The notes under the pieces: model-generated
Told to the model about the DNA's origin: nothing
Databases searched by the model: none
Seen by the model: only the letters and a program-made list of their open reading frames with translations
Position numbers and translations under genes: made by a program
Shown: positions 36,101 through 47,894 of the stretch, piece by piece
Layout: every line of letters begins with the position of its first letter
Numbering within the stretch: the stretch's first letter is position 1
DNA from: Lophium mytilinum
Taxonomy: Eukaryota
Assembly (NCBI GenBank): GCA_010093605.1
Contig: MU004194.1
Location: forward strand, 534,323 to 598,322
Direction of reading: 5' to 3'
DNA: 64,000 bases

Positions 36101-37022
36101 CGAGCACTCGCGTGCGGGAACTGCCTCTAGCCGCCGAACTGCGGCTGTAATGGTGCGAAATGTTCTTGCTCGTTCTGCCGTTGCAATTTCTTATCTCAGT
36201 ATGCCAAAGTAAGCTCCTAAGCCATCTCAATACGTCTCCACCCTTCAAACCTTCGAAATTTACTTGTAAGGGAGCTTCGCAAGGATTACGCGACATCAGT
36301 CCAATGCCTGAGCAAAGTCGTCTCGAGATGGGGACAGAAGCATCCAGCCAGGGGCCATATCCGGTGTAAGATCGTCGATGTGATCGCTTTTTCTTCATAC
36401 ATTAGCTGCCGGCAGGGCCCTGAGGGATTCCTTGACCGAGAGTGGTAAGGGGCGCGCATGCAACCCACGTCTTGCAACTCCAAGGTCCACATGCCTACTG
36501 CTGCAGTAGCGAAGGCATCGGGCCTTCCGGCTTATCATCTGAGCCATTGGTGGCCAGGTGATTAGGGCGAGCTGATTCAGAGCCCATGAATGAACGGCAA
36601 GTGCGGAGGGACAGTAACATTCATGGCCGGTCAGCCTTATGAGCCTCCCTGAACATTCCTGCCTCTGCTTGCGATGCTTCCACTTGATCCCCTACCTTCA
36701 AGAACAAGTATGCGAACACCGCTGTATGAGCTACCCTGGCGAGTTTGCGGACTGTTCAAACTGATGAACTCGCATCGGGCTCGGAATCCGGAAAGAGTGT
36801 TGAGGCACCCGTGACAGTGGCAAAGGAGTTTGACAAGGTAGGTGATGAACTTTCATACACTTGATGTTCCTGCCATTGTCTTCAAACTCTCTAGATTTCT
36901 GATATTATGCCAAACCATCCTGAGGGGGCACGGTGAGCAGCGTCAATTTGGAGTGCTTGAATCAGAACGCATATACACAGTCCAGAATGTTGCATCTCAC
37001 CCGTGTCTCTTATAATGCGCCA

Positions 37023-37460
37023 GAGCATCTCAGACAGCGGTAAGTGAGTGTACAAGCCCCAAATTTCACGATCTGATTTACAAACCACGCCAATAGTGTG
37101 CCAAAAACGTCTTCAATTCGCACGGACTGGCTCCACTTTATACATCTCACAACACTGAGATTGACCCAGAAATCAAGGTCTGATATAGGATGTACCGCAA
37201 TAATATGCCATAAACGACTTCAAATCGCACGGACTGGCTCCACTTTATGCATCTCACAACACTGAAATCAACCAGGATCTCCAGGTCCGATTTGGGGTGT
37301 ACCGCAATAATATGCCAAAACCGACTTCAAATCGCACGGACTGGCTCCACTTCATACATCTCACATCACTGTAATTAATCCAGAGATCAAGGTCCAAGTT
37401 AGGATGTACAACAATAATGCGCTAAAACCGACATCTTTCACACGGACTGGCTCCACCATG
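37023..37460. repeat. Minisatellite, 107-bp unit, about 4 diverged copies
   Basis: CACGGACTGGCTCCAC occurs at 37121, 37228, 37335 and 37441, and the intervening sequences align to each other. Confidence 0.92.
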
Positions 37461-37741
37461 CATTTTTTCGATGACTGTCCTTCCCTCCCTCTAGGCTAGA
37501 AAAACTAAAACCGAGCAAGCCGCGACATCTGAGTATTAGAACAAGAGAACACGTATAACTGTTCCAAATATTTACCGTATGCTTTTTGGCCATGTGAGTC
37601 CATGATGCAGAGAACAGCTTCATGGACCACGTGATCTATATATCACCGGTTGCCGTCTGTGCAGTGCCTCGTCGGCAGTCTAGGCATAGTTGCTTACCAC
37701 TATTGAAGCTGAATCGTTGTGTTAGAAGATGTGAAGTTTCC

Positions 37742-38270
37742 TACGCCCTTCTTCTCGGCCTCAGCTGCCCCCACGGCTGGATATCCGACGACCTGACGTT
37801 CGGCACCGGGCTACCAACAAGTCTGGCATACACCCTTCAACCTCGATGCCGACGAGACGGCAGCGATGTGCTGTCCGACGTACGCGCCACCCCCCATCCC
37901 CTTTCCGCCCTCCGCCGTCGCCCTCCGCCGCCACCCGCCCCCAACCTCAACCCCTGGACCAGTCCACGTACGCCAGCAAGCCGAAGCTCGAGTCCGCCGT
38001 CATCGCGCAGGGCTCCGCGTCCATGGGCCCGCCGCGCTCGCCACCATACTGGCCGGTCGCGGAGCTACAGCAGGCCGGTGCCGGAGCTGGAGGGGTGGAG
38101 GGGGGCGGGGGTGGGTGGAGGTGGTGGTGCTGTGGGCGGTCAGAGGATGGGGAATATGCGAACGGGGGTGGGCCTAAAATCGGACTACGGCCGTATGACG
38201 CGGTGTTCGGGGGTTTCGGGTGGAGAGAACGTGGATTATGGAGCTGGTACCGCGATTTCGCGCGTCTAGA
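37742..38270 (+). pseudogene. Relic of a Cys-containing secreted or single-pass membrane protein
   Basis: GLSCPHGW and, after a frameshift near 37810, ETAAMCCPT resemble the common fungal CPxGW...ETxxxCCP pattern. No intact frame. Confidence 0.3.
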
Positions 38271-38409
38271 TGGGATTGGGCCTTCCCCATGCTGCGGGAT
38301 GGGCTTTGAGCGGGCGGGAGCAGGGTCGGAGCCGTCCGGGAGCGTGGTGAATGAAGGGCCTCGGGAAGATGCTTGCATGACGTACCGTATGTTTTGGCCA
38401 AACCCTCTT

Positions 38410-39027
38410 TGCTGCTTGTACGAAGTCTTTTTGCTGCTTGTACGATGTCCTTTTCTGGTACGTACGAACCCCCTGGCAGGCTTTTCGCCGCGTCTTGATT
38501 GGCTCGCTCAAAGGGCCGACTCTTCCAAAGCATGGTGCTTCATGGAGAACCTCAACACGCACGCAGCCCTACAGGGCACAGACGAAGGATTGCGCTACCA
38601 GAAGCGCAGGTACCGGGTTTACAGCCTGTCGCAAGAAGTACAGCGCAGTCGATAGGCCTGCTGCGGCCTCGTGGGGCAGCTCGTGAGGTGGCTGATGAGG
38701 ACTTGGATAAGTATGCGGAGGGTCGTGTTGATAAGGACTTTATGTAGGTGCTTGTAGGCCAGTGTAAATGGAGAGAGGGACTCTATTAGGCGCAAAGTTG
38801 ATGGTTTAGGCATTCTCCCAGGCAGGTAGGCACGTAGGTACGTAGCTATACAAAATACAAAGGCTGTACATGAAAAGGAAAGGGTGCATGTGCAAATAGT
38901 GAAGGCCTGGAAGAAGATCCGACCTCTCCGAGCCAACTAAATCGCGGTGAAAGGTCTGTCAGATGGGGGTCGTACGTGCTGCGAAAAGGCCTCGTACAAG
39001 GAGCAAAAAGGGGTCGTACACGTAGCA
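38410..39027. repeat. Diverged inverted duplication (arms about 38410-38527 and 38908-39027)
   Basis: The reverse complement of the left arm (CGAGCCAATCAAGACGCGGCGAAAAGCCTGCCAG..TCGTACAAGCAGCAAAAAG) aligns with the right arm (CGAGCCAACTAAATCGCGGTGAAAGGTCTGTCAG..TCGTACAAGGAGCAAAAAG). Confidence 0.75.
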
Positions 39028-39699
39028 CTGGCCTATGTTTTCTGCGTATAGATACGCCAGTTTTGGCACACTGTTTTCCTGATGGCGCTTGGGGAGTCGA
39101 GGTCCCACGGCTGCGAATCGTGGCTTTTGCGAGACGGATAGGCAGGATTCCCTGTGACAAATGGCTGGAAGGACCATAGCTTTTGGGGTTCCGGAGGCTC
39201 GCGGGACGCTCTCTTCCAAACAGTGACAGACGAGGTGGAAGTGGAGAGTAGGGGTCAGCTGCCTGAGAGAGGAATGGTGCTGAGGTATTGACGGTCCATG
39301 CAAGCGCATGCCTCAGTATAAGAACCGTATGTCTTTGAAAGCGGAGAGTCGAAAGCAAAGAATGCAGTCGTGAGAAAATCTTGAGATCTACTAAACGCAA
39401 AGACTCAAGAAAGAGAAGCAATCAATGTGCAGGAATAAATTTGTAGGAACTCAGAATGATTCCATTTCGTTGGCTTGTATCATAATGCCAATAACCTATC
39501 TCGGAAAGAACCTATGCAGAGTGAATTATAAACAACAAGGAAGAAAACGCTAAGAAAGAGGACACGGTATCGTGCTTGTTGTGACAAACAAAAGAAAACA
39601 CGATCTAGACATATGCGCTCTACTCCATGTATTCGCCGCCAAAAACGCCTGCCAGGCCATGCAAGGTCCGATGTTGTTCCCATGCTAAATCTAACTCAT

Positions 39700-41817
39700 T
39701 TAATGCAGTCCGCTGTCTCCCGTCTCGGCCATGTGCTGCTGGCACTGCACGAGAATGTCCACCATCTTGCCAACCTCGGCCAATCGGCCCACGACAACCT
39801 TGTTGCCCTCAACGAATGCGTAGCACTTGTACTCAATGCCAGTCTTGTGGCAGAACTCGCGGATCAGCACTTGAAGCCTGCGAAGGTTGTGCCTTGGAAC
39901 GCGGGGAAAGAGATGATGGACGGCCTGGAACTGGAGGCCGCCGTGGAGGAAATCGAGCCACTGGGGGCAGTCGACATCCATGGTGGTGCGGAGCTGGCGC
40001 TGGGGGAAAGATTCGGTCGGGCCGAGGTCGGCGGTCGACATACCCCAATGCGACAACGTGATCTGGACATGCAGCAGCATGGTGATAATGTGAGAGAGGA
40101 GGACGAAGGCGACGCGGGTGGGCCAGTCAGGGAGCGTCTTCCAAACAAGGCACCAGCCGAAGAGGTACCAGTAGCAGGCCATCATAGCGATCTCGACGGG
40201 GCGGGTCCACCACGCGGATCCAAGGTTAGCGGCACGGGGTGACATGAGATGCAGCCATGAAAGGAGGTAGAGGTTGAAGCGGGCAACGCCCATGATAGGG
40301 TAGTAGGTGTATTTTTGGTAAGGAACCAGGAAGTCGGCGGCGGCATCCCAGGGGAAAGTAAAGTTGTAGAAGGTGCTGAGCATATCCCGGAAGTAGGATG
40401 GGCCGTTAGCGAAGAGAGGGACGTTTTGAAGGTCCGGGTCGTGCTCGGGCATGTTAGTAATGAGATGATGGACATTGTGGGAGCTCTTCCACCAGCCGAT
40501 GGAGAGACCGCAGCAGAAGTCGGCAACAAAGGCACCGATCAGGGTGTCGGCGATGAAGTTGCCTGATATGCCGCGATGTCCAGCGTCATGCGCGACGAAC
40601 ATGATTTGTTGCTGTTAGTGTTAGCTTTTAGTGTCAGCGTGGCTAGGCAAGTCGCAGTACGTACCCAGAACATGCCGAGGAAGCATGCCGATGTGAGATA
40701 CCATCCCTTGGTGAGGAAGAAAATGAATGTACCGAAGAGTAAACAGTAGCGGATGGACTCCTTGCCGTACTCCGAATAGCGGCACTCGTAGTAGCCCTCG
40801 TTCTTGACCCGCTCGTGGAGAGCCTGGTACTCCAGTGTGATGGCGCGCTGCGTCTCCAGATCCAGTGACGGGTTTGACCGGATGTCCTTTGCGATTTCTT
40901 CCTGCTCTAGTGCTGCGGTATACGCTGCTCGTGACAGGGTCTTGGGGCGGTTCAGGGCTGGGACTTCGAGAGAGAGCTTGTGGACTTCGCCATCGCTGGG
41001 AGCGAATGTCTTGCGGCGAGTGCACACCACCGAGCCGTCCTCCCTGTCTGATGCATCGGCGTCCGCGATGCAGGGCACGTAGAGCTCCTGCGAGGCTTCG
41101 AGCTCGTCATCCGAGGAACTGTCGACGGTGGAGACGTCTGAACGGAGCGACGGCGGCTGCGGAGTCCAGGTCCCCCGCGCCGACACGAGCTCTTCGTCGG
41201 GAGCGTCGACATCGTCGTAGGGTCGGTCGACATTGAGGTTGAAGGCTGGGATGGGTCGCTGTTGGGCATGTTGGGCATTCTGGGGTGTCCAAAACGGCTT
41301 GTGACAGTCGAGGTGGACTTCCTCATCGCTCCCGAGCTTGCGGTAGACCCCACCACGGAGGGGGGGTTCGAAGTTGATCCATGGCATCGAGATCCGGCCG
41401 ATCCGGTAGGCTTTCATAAGCCGCAGCGTGTGCTGGAAGTGGTACCTGCAGATGGCGCCGGCATGTCAGCACCCATCACGACAAATCGGAGACCAGATCG
41501 CCTCCCCGTCTTTTCCCACCTCGGGTTAGGGGTCCGCGACCGCAACCTCATTTCAACTTCACCCCATCAGGGCAGCCACGACGGCGCGAGCACTGGAGGA
41601 GAATGACAAAAGGACTGAGTATTTACACGTTTATTTCGTCTGTCGCATCGCGTCCCACCATGTGCAGAATGGCAAGCCGGCCACCGGGGTGCTTCTTGAG
41701 CCAGCCGTCGAGTCGCAGCACGAAGCCTTCGTGGATAACTATCAGCTGGCCCTCAGCGATGAGGCCTTCGATTTCGCGCGGCGAGAAGAGGCGTTTGGCG
41801 GCCATGGTGGAGGCCAT
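39700..41817 (-). CDS. SLD1: Delta-8 sphingolipid desaturase (cytochrome b5 fusion)
   Basis: Exons 41817-41627, 41445-40665, 40611-39700. HPGG heme motif and His boxes HDAGH, HNVHH and QAVHH. Confidence 0.93.
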
Positions 41818-43149
41818 GGTGCAGGTGGAGGAGGAGTCGGGAAGGAGGAGGAAGAGTGAGGGCGGAGGAGGCGTGGCTCCGTAGTGCTGGCGGGGACGGT
41901 GGGTGATAGCTGGCTGCTGCGTCCGGAGGAATGAGGGAGCGACTGCGGACAAATATTGCTGGACTTGGGGGCACTGTATGGGTGCGACGAGGGTGGTGAG
42001 ACAGTGCTTCGCGGCGGCTGAAGAGACCCCTTTACCGTGTGCGCAAGATGGGCAGCGTGGGCTGTGCCCAGTGCCAGATTGCCTCCACCGCGAGGCCCCT
42101 CCGCAACGGGCGTGTGGATTTGGGCCAGATCTCCAGGGTCTGCACGCTACTTCGGCTTCGGTTTCAGCTGGTGCGGCTTGCCGCGTCACACTCTGCCCGG
42201 TTCGAGGGCGGGATGCGACAGCACGCCCGTGGTTGGTGCTGAGCGCCAAGGCAAATTCACCACGGACTTCTCGCGTACTTCCTCTTTGGGGAACGCCGCC
42301 TGAAAGCCACAACTCGCGGGACCCTCGCCTCGACCCTGCGACCACACGGCAGCGGGCCCTCCTCCTGCGTGCCGCGCATTTGAGAATGGGCCGTCCCCTA
42401 CTCTGGCCAGCTGGTTACATAGCCGTCCAACAATCAGGATTTCACGACGGCGGCACTCAGCAACCTGGCGGCGCGGAATATACTCCGCAAACATTTCTGC
42501 GAATTCATTGATGGTGGGGGACGGCTGGGGGCGTCATTAATCGTGCTTCGTGCCTTCCTACGACGTGACACTGGCCTCTTAACCACGCCATGTGCCCGCT
42601 AGGGGCGTCGTTGGCGTGCGAGGTAGTTCACATGTAATCGTTTTCCGAGTATACAAAGTGCCACTTGCGCCTTGGCGGCGGGTGCTTGAACGCCGTCGAC
42701 CTAGAAGCGATATTCACCGGGATCACACCGCACTCCAAGTTCTTCGGCCGTATATATACTTTGATGCTACTGGAGGGCCTTCGGTCAGCCATGATGCACA
42801 GCCATCTGCTGTTGATACAATAGAGCCAGGGAGTAAAATGGCCAAGGGCCGCATAAGGTAGCGAGTGCGAGGCTCGCAAAGCCTAAAATACCGACCGTCA
42901 GGGGCATCGGGTCAAATGTTCTCTGCCGGACCCCTCTTTGAGATCGACCTGAGATCGTTCAGATTGACGCTTTGAAGCTGGGTTGAGTTTTCACACGCCA
43001 TCTAGTAGTCCCAATGTTGCAGGAATATGAACTGGTGCTGTCTCGTCTCTCATCCTGCCATACTGATCGAGATGGGAGCAACTGCTGCTGCCGAAGATGT
43101 GGCCAAGACAGATCGGAGGCAATTCCGACCTCGGGAGGATTGTGTTCAG

Positions 43150-43863
43150 TCGGGCATCTCCAGCGGTGACAACTGACGCGTCTCGGTGCCGAGGCCTTCA
43201 ACGAGTATGCGGTTGCGAGACGAGCGAGGGCTCGAGAATGAGCGGATGTCGTCGTCGAAGAAGCGTGATGCTGTCCTGAGATTGAGCAGGGTTGCGGCCT
43301 GGCGAGCAAATGGAGATCTGGGGCGGTGAGATGCTATCGCAGCGACTCTGAGCTACACGTCAGCACGGTGAGATTCCAACAGAGATGACTGCAGCTCGAC
43401 TGCAGATGGTGTGGATGAGGGACTTACGATGAAGAAGTGCCTCGATGTGGAGATTGACGCGATACGTCGGGCCGCTCCGCCCAGTCAGCAAGCTGCGACT
43501 AGCTCAGCAGACGGCGCCAGCAGCGCGATGAAGCCATGTTGGACCAGCAGCAGCAGCAAGAGGGCTGCGACGAAGCTCTTCTTCAACGTCCTGCGCAAGG
43601 CAAGAACAGTCAATGAAAAGTGTTTTGTTGCTCAAAGAGCGGACCAGCAAAAATTACGCCGGTGAAGCCCCCGAAGGAGATTCATGAAAGCCCGTCGCCG
43701 CGTAGTGCAATGCAGGACAGTCTGCCAGATGGACCGGATTCATGAGCTCGGCCATCCCAACAAGGTCTGAGATGAATTTGTTAGTTGTTGATGCAAAACC
43801 AAGGGGGGGTGGAAGAGGGAACTCACAAGTATCCGGGTTGGAGAGGTGCGGAGGACGCGCGAG
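43150..43863 (-). other. Putative spliced lncRNA or small-ORF transcript (ends approximate)
   Basis: Three consecutive canonical introns on the minus strand (43767-43826, 43591-43657, 43353-43427). Spliced 67-aa ORF from 43755 to 43485. Confidence 0.45.
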
Positions 43864-44212
43864 TGGAAGTAGTCGGATTTTGCCAAGCCGCTAGATGACT
43901 CATCAGCGCTAGACCGTTTAACAGGCGACTGTTTAGCCAGGCCTAGCTGACTAGCCTGTCACGCTAAAGTCACGTGACAAGCGTAGCTTCTCTGGAGACA
44001 ATCTCCTCGAAATTCTACAACGATATGCTATATGTAGATACTTAATCCGAACCTTTTAGATATAGTATTTTTATGGTCTGCACCTCCTGCGATTAGTTAG
44101 CTTCCTGTAGAAGGAAACATAGTTTTCGACTCGTACCCTCGCCCGTCCTCCGCACCTCTCCAACCCGGATACTTGTGAGTTCCCTCTTCCACCCCCCCTT
44201 GGTTTTGCATCA
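43789..44212. repeat. Perfect 69-bp inverted repeat with 286-bp spacer
   Basis: 43789-43857 is the exact reverse complement of 44144-44212. The match extends 6 bp inward with one mismatch. Confidence 0.97.
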
Positions 44213-44624
44213 CAGCAAACAAGCATCATAGATATTGGAGACTAACGACGCATTCAGTTGATCTTCGCAAGCCTCCATTGTTCAGTACAAGCCTCCTGCA
44301 AGGTAGCTAGGGTAAAGCCTAGAAGGGGTGGCTGATATCGTGAGAACAGTTGGAAAATACACATTGCTATTGGATCACAAACTCTTGGCAGGCATACTCC
44401 AGCTTGGCGACCAAAACTTGCGTCCTCGAAAGTCGACGGTCGCAAGACTAGAGAGGGGGCTGCTTACGCGCGCCTCAATCCACGTACGGCTGCCAAGGGC
44501 TTCCCCTACGGGAACTTATCAGCACCCAAAGTTGGGACTTCAGCCCCAACAGGATGTCCATTGATTAAAGGCAAGACTATTCAGCTTTCACGGACCCTCA
44601 AGACTGGCCTAGAAACAAACCATA

Positions 44625-46819
44625 ATGGAACACTCAGCGCAGAAGAAAAGTAGAGCAAAGTCGTGTACGGCATGTCGTCAGGTCAAGGTACGAGTACTTC
44701 TAAATCCTCGAAGCACGTGAGGTTGACATTCATATAGCTTAAATGCGACGCTAGAGAAACGTATCCGTCCCCTTGTTCACGATGCAAAAATAGCAAATAC
44801 GAGTGCAAGATGGACGCGTCGTTCAAGAGGGTGGCCACGAGACGGTAGAACTCTTCATTCGATCCTCTAACTCAAGCTGAAGTTTTACTAGACGTGTCGA
44901 GGAGCTCACCAACCAGCTAAATTCAGTCCAGCGAGCTCTAGCATTTGAACAGCTCGCGGATGTTCCTAATACGGAAACATTTCAGCCTCCAGCCCACGCC
45001 ATGTCAGCGTCGTCCACCACGCCTTCGGATCAAGCACACGCAACTCACTCACTTTACAGCATACCTCAGGCAAACGCTTCCACTGAAGCCCCTATGATTG
45101 ACGCCCCTTGGTTTGACCGGAACGCTCTGAAATCTCAACCGAACCCTGCCTTCTGGTCTCTTGATAGAGTCATCATTGATCATCAAACCGTGATGGACTT
45201 GTTTCAGCAGTGAGTTTTCTCAGCTAAGCAGTGCGCAAACACTCACGAGTCCTCAAGATTCAACGACTTCTATTTTCCACATCTTCCCATCTTTGAGCCT
45301 GTCACCTCTTTGGAAGAGCTATACACATCGGCCCCAGCTCTGTTCTGGGGTATCGTTCTGAGCGCTAGCCTTCACCACCCTGAACACTGGAAGGTCCATG
45401 ACCAATTGAGGGACGCATATCAATCGCTCCTAGAAAAGATATCATCTAGGCCAATACAGATCTTCGCAGAGTTACAGGCATTGATTTTGATTTGCTACTG
45501 GCCCTTAGAGATAGTCTCGCAAAGTGAGGATCCAAGCTGGGGCCATAGTGGACTAGTCATCAACACCGCACTGCATATGGGGCTGGATAAATTCCAAGAT
45601 GAGGTCTTGTTTGGTCATCGGAAAGCGAAGTTTACTCTTCGGTTCGTACGACCGAGGAACCGCATGATGACCTGGATGAAGTGTTTCCAGATCAGTTGCC
45701 AGTAAGTATCAGCGGTCCGTACTTTAGTCTTACATTCTAACGTCGTCTAGGTTGAGTGCTTGGCTGGGATTGCCACCTCCGATATCCTCAGCATCGAGCT
45801 TGCACAAGCTGACATTACTTTACGACGACAGCACTATACCCCTTGAGATGATTGCGATGACGGAAATACAACGCCAATACGCGAGAATCGCCACCATCTT
45901 CGAAGAGACCAACAATGAGCCATCTTTAACTCTGGTCCAGATGTTCATACACGACCTTGACGACGTCAAAAGGCGGTTCTCTTCCGCGTGGACGATTCCC
46001 TGCGAGATCAATCTTCTTGGTGTAAAACTGTACCTCTTAGCGATTCCGCTGGTATCAATCGATCAACAGCGACTTTCTTCTCTTCAAGGCTCAGACGCCG
46101 CCGCATTTCTGCATACTATATTGCAAGGAGGGCATTCGGCTGCTCTAAGACTGACCAGTTTAATGGCCGAGATAGGCGGTCCGCAGAGCCTCCCACAAGA
46201 ACCACGCTGTGCGCCATACGAGCAAGGCGGCTGCCCTATTTTAGCCCACCCGAAAGCCCATTTTCGCCTGGCGTACTACGCCTGCGTTGTACTTCTCAAG
46301 TATCTCGATTGCAATCACTCCGCCTCTCCAGGGGACAAGGAAGCTGCCAGAAATGCTGTATCATCTACATACCAGCTATTCAACAACCTCCGCACCTCTC
46401 CACAGCATGTACGTGCGGCCGCATCCCTAGAGGTCCTCGCTCGAACCATAGTACCAAACAAAGAACGAATGGCAACCAACGTCAAGAGCCGTATGGGGGC
46501 GTCACTGATGTACAACGCTATCTGGACGGCTGCGAATATTCGAGGCTTTCATCTTGACCCGAAGTACTCGGTCGACGCATCACCAGTGGCACAGCACAAC
46601 TCCCTCACTCCAATTTCCTCAACAAACGTCGCGGACCTCAGTCGCACGGCGAGCTCTGATGCACGTCCCAGTGGGCCTTCAGTGCCAGAGCCCATGCTAC
46701 CCGCGATGAACGACACTTTCCCCTGGGGCGTTTGGGACAACGGGCTGTTTGACGCACTCGGCTTCAGCTGGGAGGACCAGCCATATGCGGAGATAGCTGG
46801 GAATATGGACTTCTTCTGA
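44625..46819 (+). CDS. Zn(II)2Cys6 transcription factor (Leu3/Sef1-like cluster) with middle homology region
   Basis: Exons 44625-44687, 44738-44844, 44892-45209, 45258-45701, 45751-46819 give SCTACRQVKLKCDARETYPSPCSRCKNSKYEC, FYFPHLPIF, LQALILICYWP and ALHMGLD. Confidence 0.92.
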
Positions 46820-47894
46820 ACCCGGCTACAGAGCATCGAATAGAACTCGATAATTCTCAATACCCGTCCTGTAGTGGCCTGCTGGGACGTGAACCCTCGC
46901 AAGTTCGACGGCCTCGAGCACTCGCTGCGACCAGCACGCGCGCACGCGAATCTGCCTTGCGCACGGCGGCATCAAGGGCCTACTGCAACCCACGACACGC
47001 CAAATTGGGATTCTTAGGCCATACGTGGTCCACCCCTATGGCCGCACTTTGGTGTCTACGTACGTAGTGCGAATGGCGGACTCGCAGTTCGCAACTGCGA
47101 GGCTCGCACCCGGGCTTCGTATCTTCCAACAACCACCACCACTACAACCCGAAACGGGCAAATTGGAATGCTTAGCAGCCGCAACGCTCCTCATGCTCCG
47201 CCGAAGAGTGCGTAATACGCATGCCCATGGCGCTGACGCGTGTAGTCATAGAGAGCGCAAGGTCGACGGAGTGGCGAAGTACTACCATAAGCGACTAAAT
47301 ACTCGATCAATAGCGGCCGCAATACTGCGACTGCGACACTCCGATGCTCAATTATTTTCACTGTTAGTATACTTGGTCAGGGGTGGCTTCGATGCGTTGG
47401 TAGCGTGTGAGCTCGTGCGGCGAGGCGGGTGAAACGGCGTCAAAAGTGTGGAAAGCAGAGTAGTTTGTGGCGCTCCTAATGCATCAAACTCTTGTCTTAC
47501 TTTTATCCACTTTTGAGGTGTGAGAATCGGAGTCTGGTTCTGAGTTCTATTGATGGCAGTGCGATTTCGAGGCTAATTTTAGAATGCGTGACTAAGGGTC
47601 TGATTCACGGCTCATTTGCAGAAACATGGAATTCAGTAGCTGATTTGAGGGCATCAATTTATTTCCCTCCATCCTCAGTCCATGTCTCTCTCCAATGCCT
47701 TATTTGGCTCTAACTCTGACCTGTGCTTTTACAATCCGTATTTGTGGTTAGCTCCACCTCGCTAGACTCACCTCTTCTTCACCAGTCACAGGACGCTGAC
47801 GTCTTACTACCCACGCAGCGTCCTTCTAGAGGATCGTCACAGGCAATACATTCATACTGTGAGAAAGAGACTGTAGCCTGTTCTTTGCTCGCTC

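Noticed and set aside
37121..37456. Regularly spaced identical 16-mers as a CRISPR array
   Set aside because: The intervening sequences are homologous to each other, the repeat is too short, there are no cas genes, and the context is eukaryotic.
41818..42511. Long ORFs upstream of SLD1 on both strands
   Set aside because: Non-ATG starts and low-information sequence in a GC-rich promoter or 5' UTR.
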